DNA from: Marsupella aquatica
Lineage: Eukaryota; Plantae; Marchantiophyta
Assembly (NCBI GenBank): GCA_973895155.1
Contig: OZ316893.1
Span: 27,662,210-27,726,209 of the forward strand
Direction: 5' to 3'
Length of the DNA stretch: 64,000 bases
The notes under the pieces are model-generated. The model was not told the DNA's origin, searched no databases, and worked only from the letters and a program-made list of their open reading frames with translations. A program made the position numbers and the translations under genes. This document shows, in pieces, positions 1-11,400 of the stretch (the stretch's first letter is position 1; every line of letters begins with the position of its first letter).

Positions 1-846
1 GGCTGCAAGATGATCCTTCCTATGTGCCCCTTTTATTACTTGTAGGGCTGACTTCAAGTCTTCAAAACTCGCTTTCATTGAGGCGTCCATCTTAGGGCAA
101 CCAGTTTTGGAAGGGTGTAGGTCTTTCAAACCAGGATTATGCCAGAACTTTTGAAGCGCTAACTTCTTGCTCGCTAAGTTGTGAAACTTGGTGCTCTCAT
201 GAAATACTTTGAACAAATTGCTTGCTATTGCTTTCACCCTTCTTGCTCCTCTGTTTGGTTGATCCAAACCTGAGTCCTCACATTCGGGCGTTGCTACGCT
301 CTGTTGCTGTTGCAAGACTTTTTGCTTCCAGTAATATCTTCTAGCCCTTTCAGCATTCCGTGCTCGAATTTGTTCTGAATTGACACTAGTTGGCCGCACA
401 TCTACAACTGCAGGTCTATGCCCTTCAATGTTGCTCTCAATCAGACACCATCTCTCTGTGGCAGAAGCTATACAACTATCAATTACTGCTTTAGAGACCT
501 CAGCTGCATCTACAAGGGCCTTGGCCTCCTCCCTCGCTTTCTTTAGAATGCTTTCGGCTTCTTTTATAGCGTCGTTCTTTCTTTCCTCAATTTCTGCTAG
601 GGCTTCCTTCTTGCTTTCTGCAATTTCATCGAGCAGGCGAGACTTCTCAACTAAGCGTCTCCTCTTCAAGAAATTCCTATGTTCTCTTTTCTGATTGATA
701 ACATCCATCCCGACAGCAAGTGAATGGGAGGTCAAACAAGATCTCAAAGATCCCGAATAGCCCGAAGCCAAAGCCCTCCCACTTCGCACTAGCTTGCTTC
801 CAGGTACGTAGCTTGTTTGTAGAGGTACCACTGCAGCAGCCTCCAT
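1..846 (-). CDS. Uncharacterised ORF (>=282 aa, open at the window's left edge) with a coiled-coil-like segment; probably TE-associated
   Basis: Manual translation finds no stop from the ATG at 846-844 to base 1 (upstream in-frame TGA at 873-871): MEAAAVVPLQ...KRRRLVEKSRLLDEIAESKKEALAEIEERKNDAIKEAESILKKAREEAKALVDAAE...LQVIKGAHRKDHLAA. It is absent from the ORF track because it has no stop inside the window. Confidence 0.6.
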   Translation of the reverse strand, partial: MEAAAVVPLQTSYVPGSKLVRSGRALASGYSGSLRSCLTSHSLAVGMDVINQKREHRNFLKRRRLVEKSRLLDEIAESKKEALAEIEERKNDAIKEAESILKKAREEAKALVDAAEVSKAVIDSCIASATERWCLIESNIEGHRPAVVDVRPTSVNSEQIRARNAERARRYYWKQKVLQQQQSVATPECEDSGLDQPNRGARRVKAIASNLFKVFHESTKFHNLASKKLALQKFWHNPGLKDLHPSKTGCPKMDASMKASFEDLKSALQVIKGAHRKDHLAA

Positions 847-1424
847 GCCATCTTGATCAGGTCTCCAGCATCAGGACAACAAACAGGGTGGTCCACACCA
901 CCTGCCCGCGGGATTTCTGGTCTTGCCGTCACAAAAATACAACTACACAGACAGGCTGATTCGACCGGCAAAGCAAAGAGCACGACGAGTGGGAAAAGGC
1001 CTGGTGTGGTTTGGAGCTCCGAATCCTCCTCTGCAAAGTGATCGATCGTTGGCGCCCTCACTCAAGCTTCGGAACAGAACAACATCGCATTTGGGCCGAC
1101 ATTCCTTGTCGACACCCCCAACATCGACCTGACCAACCTCGTTTGAGTCTTCTTGCCGTCGATAGAGATTCCTCAATCGTGAGCAATCACTGTCACATTT
1201 CTCTGCTTCTCGAGAAATTGGCCTCATACTCACGCTCGTACCTTGTCGATCGATCTTTGTCCAGACCTTCCGCTCTCTCTACGGTCTGGAATGAGCAGTC
1301 TGTCGCAATGCAGCGATTTTGCCTTGTCATCCCGCAATGTAGCGATTACTGCCGATGAGATTGACGGGGACGTGCACATATGTTTGCTCTATAGAACTGA
1401 TGTCCCGATTGTAAGTGAGGCAGT

Positions 1425-1536
1425 GAACTCGAAGGTAGACAGTCGTGTGCTCTTGATCAGCAAAGAATATTTCGAGGAATGAACTCGAAGGTAGACACTC
1501 GTGTGCTCTTGATCAGCAAAGAATATTTCGAGGAAT
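1425..1536. repeat. 56-bp tandem duplication
   Basis: gaactcgaaggtagaca(g/c)tcgtgtgctcttgatcagcaaagaatatttcgaggaat at 1425-1480 and 1481-1536, one mismatch. Confidence 0.95.
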
Positions 1537-2017
1537 GATGCAAGACTCTCCCACTTTCAAACAACGGGACATTTTCCAAACAGAAGCCTTACTATTTCAA
1601 ACGAGGCATAAGTCGGCGTCCCCACTACTTTGTCTAATTATTACACTACCTGCTAAAGGTCACCTACTTAGTCTCATAATCACAAGTTAATCTCCTCCCT
1701 CCATTCCTTTGATTCTTGAGATTTAATCCTAGCCTTTGAGGGTTCCTTCTTGAGTAAAGTAGTCCTCCCCGGCTCTATAAGTAATTGTGAGGTTGTTAGG
1801 TACTTTTTATACCCCTTGTAACTTGCAATAGGCCTGTAACTCTAAGTGTTAATTATTTGATCCTTATAAGTAGTATGGCCTCATTAAAACTTTCCGGCTT
1901 TCTTCTGAAAGAAAGAGTGCCACTACTGTACAAGTAATAAGGTCATCGAAATACATTTAGGGTAATCTAATGAGAACCTTATAGTGAAAGTTTCGTGCAG
2001 TTTTGAGAGTTTTAGTT

Positions 2018-5000
2018 CTAGCTGTGAGTTTGTAGTAGAGTAGATAGACGACGCATCCCGATACCATGTGTGTGATCGTGGTGAACTGAAGGTGGGAGGG
2101 GCTTAGTGAAGAGATCTGCGCGATTATCTTTACTTGCAATCCAATGAACTTGAATCTGATCGCCATGCTGTTCGTGAGTGTAGAAAAATTTGGGGGCAAT
2201 ATGCTTTATCCGATCTCCTTTGATAAAGCCTTGTGTAACTTGATCGACGCAAGGGCGATTGTCCTCGTAGATAGTTGTTGGAGCGTTGAGAAGTGGACGA
2301 CCTGTATGTTGATTAATGTGATCAATGAGTTGCCTGAGCCAGATGCATTCACGACTTGCTTCGTAAAGGGCAATGATTTCTGCATGGTTCGAGGACGTTG
2401 TCGTGAGGGTCTGTTTGGAGCTTCGCCAAGATATCGCGGTGCTGCCTTGGAGAAATACATACCCGGTTTGCGATTTAGCGTCATCCAGGTCCGAAAGGTA
2501 TCCAACATCAGCAAATCCGATGAGTTCAGAAGGAGCATCGTTGGGAAAGAACAATCCCAAGTCAAGTGTGCCCTGTATGTATCAAAAAATTTGCTTTACG
2601 CCATTCCAGTGTCTTATTGTTGGTTGCGAACTATGACGAGCAAGAAGGTTAATAGCGAATGAAATGTCAGGGCGTGTGTGATTCGCTAAGTACATGAGCG
2701 CACCAATTGCTGAAAGATAGGGTTTTTCTGCTCCAAGTATCTGCTCTATTTCTGTGCGTTTCTTGAATGTATCTCGATTCGGGTCCAGAGATCTCAGTTC
2801 CATTGGAGTGCTCACTGGATGAGCTTTATCCATGTTGAACTGCTTTACAATCTTTCTTGCATAAGTCGCTTGATTAATAAGTATGCCGCCCTGCACATAG
2901 TCAAATTGAAGTCCAAGACAGTACTTGGGTTCTCCTAGATCTCGCATTTGAAATGTTGTTTTCAATGTTGCCATTGTTTCTTTAACTATTGTAGGTGTAC
3001 CGAAGATGTTAATATCGTCTACATAAATAGCGACGATTATGTAATCTGTGTCATGTTGTTTAAGAAAAAGACAGGGAGCAATGTCGTTATTGACGAAGTT
3101 CAGAGCTAGCATCTATGCCTTAAATCTTTTATACCAGGTTCGGCCACTTTGTTTGAGCCCATATAGGGATCGCAGTACTTGGACTGCCAATTGTTTTGTC
3201 TGTATAGCAGATCTGGGAAGTCGACTTCTCGCTTAATGTGCACTCGGCACCTGTAATTCATGAAGAACTGAAGGTTCGTTTTCATGTGCATGTTTTAGAA
3301 GGTACTCTATAGGAGTTTTCCTTGTTAACCCTGATTGTAGATCAGGGTTTGTATTATGTTTATTCTCCCCCTGAATTCGAAATGTCATTCGTGTGATTAA
3401 CTCAGGAGGAGCCTTCATGTAGATTGTAGTGTCCAATATGCCATAAAGGTAGGTTGTGATAACATCTAGTATGTTTAGTGTCAATTTGTGCGTAAGTGCA
3501 AATGCTATCATGTATCTATAAGTTATCGAATCCATCACGGGTGAGTAAGTAAGGTCAAAGTCACATCCTGGGATTTGCGTATAGCCTTTAGCAACCAGTC
3601 GTGCTTTGTACCGAATTATCTCTCCTTGAGCGTTTCTTTTCCGTGTGAAAATGAATTTATATCCGATAAGTGATGTGTGTAGAGGGGCAGGAATGACCGG
3701 ACCAAAGACTTCTCGTTGAATTAATGAGTCCAATTCAGAATTAAGTGCTATCTCCCACTGGGGCCAATCAGGCCGCTGCTGTGCCTCGTGGACTGACAGG
3801 GGATCTGGGGTGTCATTGGTGATATCCTGAGATATATCGAATGCAAATATATCATCTATAATTGTATCCTTTCGATGCCATAATCGACCAGTATGCATAT
3901 AATTGATGGATATTTCTTGATTTTCTTCTGGCTGAGTGAGAGAGTGGGTAGATGGTACCGGTGGAGGTGGCACATTCGTTGGGTTAGCTGGTGGTCGTCG
4001 TTGGCGAGGTTGGCTGTCTCTAGAGCCCAGTGGTCGACCTTGTTTTGCTCTTGGGGCAGCTTCAGTGGCAAGTTGGTCTGGTATTAGTATTCGGGCTGGA
4101 GCATTGGCCGCCTCTGTGTGTGAACGGATTACTTCAGTTGCATCATTAAAAGCGTCCGGGAGCTTTTCCAGCATCTGATGGAGATGTAATATGCGTCTGA
4201 CTTCTGCATCAGCTTGTCTGGTACGTGGATCAAGTCCCACCGGTAGGATGGTCTGCCATTGTAATAATTGTTTTCTGCCATTCTCATCGGATGGATGTGT
4301 AGTTAGTTTCGGAAATTTGTCTTCGAAAAAGGTACAGTCAAGGAATCTGGCCTTGAACACATCTGTTGTGGATGGTTCCAGGAACCGAATAATGGAGGGC
4401 GAGTCAAAACCAACATAAATCCCTCGTTGGCGCTGGGGGCCCATCTTGGTGCGTTTTGGGCCTAGGATAGGGACAAGGACTAAACACCCAAACGTCCGCA
4501 AGTGAGAAATGTTAGGTGGTATACCAAATGCAAGGTAATGCGGAGTATGGGTATTAAATGCGGAAGGTCTATATTTTAGGAGAGCAGCTGCATGCAATAT
4601 TGCATGTCCCCATGCTGTATGAGGAAGCTGTGTTTGCATGAGGAGTGGCCGAGCTATCATTTGTAGTCTTTTAATGAGAGATTCTGCTATGCCGTTCTGA
4701 AAATGAACATGCGGTACCAAATATTGGGTTTCTATGCCGGCAGTCTCACAAAAATCATCGAATGTTCTCAACGTGAACTCCCCGGCATTATCAACCCTGA
4801 GTGTCTTTATTGGATTGTCAGGGAACTGTAGCTTTAACTTGAGGATGTGTGATAAAATCCGTGGGAATACTAGGTTCCGGGTCGAGATCAGTGAAACTTG
4901 GGACCATTTTGATGAAGCATCAATAATGGCCAAGTAAAACCGGAATGGACCAGATGGCGGGTCAATCGGGCCACATACGTCAGCGTGAAGCCTTTCGAGG

Positions 5001-6637
5001 AATTTAGGAATGGAGTGAATTGTTTTAGATGTGGCTGGTCTGGTGATTAACTTTCCCTGTGAACACGCAAGACAGGGGCTCTTCAGAGATGATGGGCGCA
5101 CCCCTTGGGGTATGCCTATCGTATCCCGGATTATATTATGGTACATGTTGGTACCAGGGTGGCCTAGCCGATTGTGCCAGCGCTCTGTGGGAGTTGGAGG
5201 AACTATTTCTACATGTAATGCGTGTATGGTGGTGATGTATAACCCGGGAGGGTGGATAGGCAAGGTTTCACAGATTTTCATTCCAGGTGGAGAATGGTCA
5301 ATAATGTGTAGGACTTCACCCTCATTGGTCTTGCTTGTATATATGTGAAAGTTGTTAGCTCTTATGTCTCGGAAACTAATTAAATTTCGTGTGGCTTTAG
5401 GTGCGTATATTGCCGAGGTGATGTTGATTACTGTGCCCTGGGGGAAACAAACTGATGCGGGGCCGTGCCCTTCCTCAATATGATTATGTCCTGTGATGGT
5501 AGTTATGGCTCTGTGAGAAGCTATAATTGTTCGAAAAAAATGTCGATTTCTTAGGATGGAGTGGGAGGTCCCACTATCTACTATGCAATTAGATGGTGTT
5601 AATTTGCCTTGTGATTGTGCATCCATATGAGCAACGTGGGTTTCTGGAAGGGGTGTATCATGTGTATAAGCATGTATGTCTTCAGGAATTTCCATAAAAT
5701 TGCCTTGTGCATCTTCTGTTTGCCTGTTTATACTTTCTTTATAGAGCTTGACCAAGTGTGCAGGAGCCCGATATTCTTTTTGTAAATGTCCTTTTGTACC
5801 GCATCGGAAACAAGAGGGTGTAATAAACTTATCTCTTGGTTGTGCTTGGTAGCCTCTTCCTCGATTCCGTCCGCCACCTCCGCGTTGATTCCAAGTGGGG
5901 TCTCGCTGGAATTCTTGGGATTGTTGTCGGAAGCTCCCACTGCCTCTGTATCCTTGGTAAGTTCCTCTTCCAAATGCACGTCCTCGGCTCCCCCTGAAGT
6001 TGCCACGTCCGCGCCCCCGGAATCTTGAGGCCATAAGATGAGTTTCTGGTCTGGCTGGAGGGGCTGCACTCCCTGGTGGTCTTGTTTTAGCATTGTTGAG
6101 CAGTATTATCTGATGCTTCTCAGCGAGGAGCATATGTGATATCAATTGAGAATACCGCGTGAAATTCATGTTTCGATATTGAGAGGCTAGAACTATGTTA
6201 GTTACATGAAAAGTGGACAGAGTCTTTTCGATCTGCTCTTCATCATCCACTGGATTACCGCAGACAGCTAATTGGGAGGTAATTCGGAACAGTTCGCTGT
6301 TATAACTCGCAATTGTGCTGTAATCTTGTACTCGCAGGTTTATCCAATCGTGGCGGGCTGTCGGGAGTGATATGGTCCGCATATGATCGAAGCGTAATTG
6401 TAGTTTGTCCCATAGGACCCTTGGGTTGTAGTGATTGAGATATTGAGTCTTAAGCGGTTCAGCGAGATGGTGCCTGATTAGTATCAAGGCCTGAGCCTTC
6501 TGTTGTAATGTAGTACCTGCATCGGTTAAGGTTGTGTCTTGCAGGTCTTTAGATGCTAGATGTGCCTCCACATCTAAAGACCAAGACAAGTAATTTGCGC
6601 CATCGATCGCGAGAGCTTTGAAATGTAATTTCTCCAT
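2018..6637 (-). pseudogene. Copia gag-pol polyprotein (~1539 codons, one frame, three premature stops)
   Basis: ORFs 3233-6637, 2582-3112 and 2018-2560 share one frame, broken by TAA (3235-3233), TAG (3115-3113) and TGA (2584-2582). Motifs: zinc knuckle CFRCGTKGH, protease IVDSGTSH, integrase HNRLGH...CLAC and DDE core (HADVCGP / RVDNAGEF / NGIAES), RT YKARLVAKG, SLYGLKQSGR, YVDD, RNase H. Confidence 0.95.
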
Positions 6638-6858
6638 GATTGATCAATGTTGCAATTGGAAGTTCCGATGCTGGCTAGCTTGTAATAAGGTTCTTTGATA
6701 ATGCAATCGTTTATGGCTAAGGAGATGGTATCGTTCAAAACCTGATGGATTTCTCTCACCGAGTTCCAAGAATCAGTTCCAATCGAGGAATAGTGCTGCT
6801 GAAGTTTAACTGCGCGTCATCTGCCTCTATCTAAAAAACATTTGTCACACACATCAGC

Positions 6859-6872
6859 TCGTGCTGATAACG
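6859..6872 (-). promoter_or_regulatory. Primer-binding site complementary to the anticodon region of tRNA-Ile (half-tRNA priming, Bianca-type)
   Basis: Plus strand tcgtgctgataacg resembles the plant tRNA-Ile(IAU) anticodon stem-loop (…TCGTGCTAATAACG…, inosine copied as G). It directly abuts TGTT at 6873. Confidence 0.75.
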
Positions 6873-7010
6873 TGTTTCATTCAATGTATTCACCAACAAT
6901 GATCACGCTTCTCTTAGGAGTGTAAGAATATATGGGTTACATTGATGGGCAGTTATGTAACTGCCCTAACTCCTAATTGTCACTTAGAGTGTAATCTACA
7001 TCTTATAACA
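6873..7010 (-). repeat. Candidate 5' LTR of the copia element (138 bp, TGTT...AACA)
   Basis: Starts TGTT next to the PBS and ends ...ttataaca at 7010. Contains a perfect hairpin gggcagtta-tg-taactgccc (6947-6966). No second copy found, so the outer boundary is unconfirmed. Confidence 0.5.
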
Positions 7011-7111
7011 CCAAGCAATATACTCTTAATATTTAAAGGTTCCATTTTTTTATTCTTTTGTTTAGTACTTTGAAAGTAACAATGATGAAGGGGAAAGACA
7101 ACTATGTGAAA

Positions 7112-7425
7112 TACCACACGCCGAGCCGAAACTTCAAGCATGCGCACAAAAGTTGTCTTTTCCTTCAAGTTGTTACATTCCTACTCCAATCTATGTGAAA
7201 CTTATAGTTTAGATATCATTTGTAAATGTTGTGAAAATATTTACAAGAAATCGAGATATCCATGTAGAGTACCACACGCTGAGCGGAAACTCCAAGCATG
7301 CGTACATGAAAATCTCTATCCTAGCAAATTCTCCACTCAACTCACAAATGACACTAAACTGTTAAGGCGATATTATGTTCTCTCATACGAAATACCACAC
7401 GCCAAGCATAAGCTCCAAGCATGCG
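7112..7425. repeat. Three dispersed copies of a 33-bp motif
   Basis: taccacacgc(c/t)(g/a)agc-N4-a(a/g)ct(t/c)caagcatgcg at 7112-7144, 7270-7302 and 7393-7425. Confidence 0.85.
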
Positions 7426-7811
7426 CGTATGTGAGAACCATAATACCCCTCCAAATTAAAACTACATGTTAAAATCATACATGCAAGGCAAAGCATAGCA
7501 AAAAAACACTCAAAAATACTCAAAAACAAGGCAACTAAACTCAAAAATAAACAAAACATGAGGAAAAGCAAGAAAAACTCACCAAAGGCCTTTCCTGCAA
7601 GACAGCCAAAGTTAAAGAGAAGTTACTAGAGAGAATGAGAAAAAGTGAGGAGAGCTCCTCACTTTATAGGCCCGGTCCCGGTCTGCCCCCCCCCTCCCCC
7701 ACCTCGCGAGCCGTCTCCCGGGCGGCCGAGCCCGACCCCACCGGCGGCTGCCTCCCCTCACGCGCGCTTATGGGCCTTGACCTAACCCTAATCCCGGCCC
7801 CGGCCAGGCCG

Positions 7812-8056
7812 GGCCGGGGGGGCTTTAGGGTCCGGGGCCGGGGGCTTTAGGGTCCGGGGCCGGGGGCTTTAGGGTCCGGGGCGGGAGGGGTTTAGGGTCC
7901 GGGTGGAGGAGGGTGAAGGGTCCGGGCCGGGGGGGTTTAGGGTCCGGGGCCGGGAGGTGAAGGGTCCGGGGTCCGGGGAGGGGGGTTTAGGGTCCGAGAG
8001 GGTGAATGGTCCGGGCTGGGGGGGTTTAGGGTCCGGGGCCGGGAGGGAATAGGGTC
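7812..8056 (+). repeat. G-rich ~22-bp minisatellite with embedded plant telomere heptamers
   Basis: Unit gggggc-TTTAGGG-tccggggcc. TTTAGGG occurs at 7824, 7846, 7868, 7891, 7936, 7986 and 8025, with TGAAGGG variants at 7914 and 7958. Confidence 0.95.
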
Positions 8057-8827
8057 TGGAGCCGGGTCAGAACCGGGAGTTTTACTCAGGCCGGGACTGG
8101 AGGATGTACTCGGGCCGGGACCGGATAATGCCAACCGGGAGAGTCCGGGTGTCGGCTTGCCGGTTGACGGCCTTAAAACGGCCTATTTGCCGAGCAAGTC
8201 CAAACCGGGCCTTGTAGTGCATTTTTAAACTGATGTGTACCTTTTTTTTGGGTCAAAAACGTAGACCTCCTCTTGGCATTTTTAAAATCCTAGCTTGGCC
8301 CCCAAGGTCTTGTAAAGCCAAAGCCATATACAGCTAGTGCTACTACATTAATCTGCTAAAAGATAGATTAGGGACCCACTCCACCTAAAGGTCATGGTAT
8401 TCTTTGGCTTACTAGAGTCTTTCTAGTTGTGACAAGATAAGATATTATGAATAGACATGTGGGTCCCCTTTTTAATCTAAATGATTTACAATAGGAGTGG
8501 ACCAATGGGCTAGAAAAGAGAACTCCAAGAGAGGTGGTCTAAAGTGTAGGACCAAAAAGCAAAATGCTGGGCCCCGCTCCATTTCATGTAGGATTGGTAA
8601 CATGCTAGTTTTAAAGTGCCCCCAATAATTGGTAAAGTGAACAGCACCAGTTTATCCCCAATTGATGGCCCTGGTCACATATTGGCGACCAAAAAAAATG
8701 TAAACTGCCATCAAATTAGTACCAATGTCGTCTAGTAAAGCCACCCTTAGATTTATGTTCCGGAGCTGCACCATGATGGATTTGGAGATTCACACTCCTC
8801 ATAAATCACGAAGAGAGTAGATAGCGA

Positions 8828-8938
8828 GGAGTGTCTGGTTTGGAATTGAATTTAGGAGAAGGAGGCCGAGAAGTGGAGCTAGCTAGGAGTATCTGGTTTC
8901 AAATTGAATCTAGGAGAAGGAGGCCGAGAACTGGATCG
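8828..8938. repeat. ~58-bp imperfect tandem duplication
   Basis: ggagt(g/a)tctggttt..aattgaat(t/c)taggagaaggaggccgagaa occurs twice. Confidence 0.85.
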
Positions 8939-10929
8939 TTGTTTGCCAGCGGCGCTCTACCTAGAGCTGAAGAGATTGATCGTTCAAAGCAGGTAAGCAG
9001 GTAGGATTCAATTGAAAATTGTTGGCTTTTTCTTGCCTGATTGGTTTGCATTACAGAGTGCCAATCCATGTCACCTGTGTGCGTCCTCGTCCCTCCATCA
9101 TGTACCTCTGTATACGTCCTGCATAAACGAGTTAGCTAGGCAGAGACGGTCCTTTCTGGATTTCCTTTCCTGGGATTCGGTCTACGACTAGCCTTTGTCT
9201 GAGGCAAGGGCACAATCATTGTGTTGCGCAAGCGATCAAGAGCTCCATTGAATGTTGTTTTGGTTTGCTTTTAATATTTGCTCCAGGCAGTCGTCGGAAT
9301 TAAAGGGGGCCTGTTTCGCTTCCTACACTATGTAGATACATGGTTATGAATGTATCATGCTGAACTTCTGGAGAACAATGCCGTAAGTTAGAAGCATGCA
9401 CGGGAAGAACAAAATCTAACTTTAATCTCCGTACTATTTCATGGAGGTTTCAGTAAGTTTCCGTTCTTCTCTCCATTCTTCACACTATATATGTCGTTTT
9501 AGACGTGTAGGTTCAAATTCTAGGTTTACAAAACGGTGATTGTGAGCTCGATTGTTCTAGTACAATGTTTCTCTCAAGGTTCTGGATTCCAGTTGACACA
9601 TAACAATCACAAAAGTTGACAGAATTGAACGTTGGATCAGTACCGTTTATGTGATTGATGACTTACGTTCATGCCTGGAGCAGGTCCTCGCTCCGGAGTC
9701 GGTGTAGAAGATCGGATTCAAAGGTAATTGGAAAGGTCCAGAAGAAAAGAGTAAAGAATTGGAGGAAGAACAAGAGAGAATGGGATCAACAGAGAGATAT
9801 CTATCTTACACGCACAGCATGCAAATGTTCTCGCAATAGTATTATCAATTCACTGAGATCAAAGGGAGATACAATCGGAGTAGTGCATTTTCAATCTCTA
9901 GAGCTTTGAGTACAATTGCGTCAAATGGAAGAGTCCACACAGAAAAGAGTAAGAATCAGAGAAAAAATATACAAGCGAGAATAGGATCGAGAGGTATATC
10001 CAAGCTACGCAGCATCCCAATGTTAACTAGGATATGACTTAGAGGTCACCCTCCATCATGCCGACTGAAGATTTCAGGGCTCCTGAAGCTTCTTCATGGA
10101 AACCCGAGAGTAGCCCGCGCCTGTTGTGTATGGTTAATTTAAGCCTGGCTCGGTCCCTCTACGCATGAAAATAGCCTGCCTTTACATTATTTCAGAGGAT
10201 AAGAGTGCCCCACCTTCAAAATCTCCGAGGATTCTCATCTAGTATATATATAGTACGTCCTGATCACCATTTGTTCCCACGTTTCATTCTAGATGATAAA
10301 TATTGTTGGATGACTTTGCATCCACTCCTGCTGAATGAAGATTGACATGATTGACTTGGTCCGGTGTCCTTTCTGATCAGCTCTCGTCCCACGATGATTC
10401 TTGCTATCTAGAAGATTGATCCGACCGAAAGAAAAAATCAAGGCAGATGGTCTATATATAGTACATAGAATGGGTAGAAGAAACAATCCGTGGGGCCAAA
10501 TTACCGTATACCAGTGACTTCGCCCCAGTGACGCTCTTTCCTTTTGGCCTGGATCGCAATCGATGTAGCCGTTGAAACTAAAGTTCTCGTCAGGAGTTCG
10601 TGTTTCAGGAGTTGAACTTGATCAGCAAACTAAATCTTGTTACGTTTAGAACTCAACTAGAAGAGTTTGGTATGGACATAGAATCCCGCATAGAATGATT
10701 CCTATTTTTGATCGAGGAGTAGATCTCTACTCATAGATAACAGATCAACGACCGTGATTAAGAGTGTTTATATCAGTCCCCGATTTGGGTAAATCTCTAC
10801 TTATGGATTATGTAGGCGTGATATACTTTTCTATTGTTCGAATGAACGAAATGAATGATTCTCTCTTTCTCTTTTTTGCCTTGAAAAACCAAAAGAACGG
10901 GGATCACCCTCTCCGTAGTATCCTTCAAT

Positions 10930-11400
10930 TTCAGATCAAACAGCTATATCAATGCAGAAGTGGGCTGTGGAGTACTTCACATGCGCTTTTTTCTCAATGC
11001 CATACTCTCCCACAGAGAATGGCTCGCGGGTCTGGCTCAAAGTGTGTACTTCATGGAATGTCTTGAAGAAACATCTAAGAGCCACACCACCAGGACACCT
11101 GGAAGGCTGGAGAACTGTTCCTCTTTGGGGCTCACATCTCAATCACATCAATTTCACCCTGGCAAAGTGTAGTAGCAATCCCCAACGAAAAATCTAGAGA
11201 GCAGGCTTTCATTTGATGGAGGATGTTCTGGGTGCAAGGGGCAACTTTCTAAGGTGGGAAGACACTCCCACTTAATTGTGCTAATGCTCAAGCTCATAGC
11301 CAATCTCAAGAGCGTCCCTGAACTGCACAATGAACCTGAGCAAGTACTCCCAATTTTCCTGGAAACATCGCTTATTGGTGGCACATTTAAGAGGGGGACA
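10930..11400 (+). mobile_element. Possible degraded LINE ORF2 fragment
   Basis: The peptide ...VWLKVCTSWNVLKKHL...WRTVPLWGSHLNH... has the Trp-rich style of the post-RT region of plant LINEs. No catalytic motif seen. Confidence 0.3.

Larger units (their letters stand above)
1870..7010 (-). mobile_element. Ty1/copia LTR retrotransposon, Bianca lineage (3' LTR not identified)
   Basis: Domain order gag-PR-IN-RT-RH. Bianca-type gag (ALAIDGANYLSWSLDVEAHL...IRHHL...WINLRVQDY) and RNase H (KGDRIKHIAPKFFYTHE...ADLFTK). Bianca-like 3' motif gcactctttc...gttttaatgaggc at ~1878-1920 (minus). PBS at 6859-6872 and a candidate 5' LTR at 6873-7010. Confidence 0.92.
7011..8219 (-). mobile_element. Terminus of a CACTA/EnSpm-type DNA transposon (other end not seen in window)
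   Basis: …ccgggccTTGTAGTG ends at 8219 (reverse complement CACTACAAGGCCCGG), at a sharp GC-rich to AT-rich transition. Subterminal tandem repeats lie inside it, and a minus-strand TATA-like cctataaa is at ~7664-7671. Confidence 0.6.

Noticed and set aside
380-694. Plus-strand 104-aa ORF
   Set aside because: It is the antisense shadow of the longer minus-strand ORF 1-846.
1921-1934. CACTA at 1921 (and CACTACAAG at ~39582, ~63530) as partner TIR of the end at 8219
   Set aside because: 1921 matches only 6 nt, lies within the copia 3' region and lacks the TSD. The others lie on the wrong side.
1540-1960. 3' LTR of the copia element
   Set aside because: No direct-repeat similarity to 6873-7010 and no clear PPT-TG junction. 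Only a 10-nt inverted match (actctaagtg) was seen.
7112-7425. CRISPR-like repeat-spacer array
   Set aside because: Only three imperfect copies, irregular 125- and 90-bp spacers, no cas genes, eukaryotic context.
7812-8056. True telomere or interstitial telomeric array
   Set aside because: TTTAGGG units are single and separated by 15 or more bases of GC-rich spacer, not tandem.
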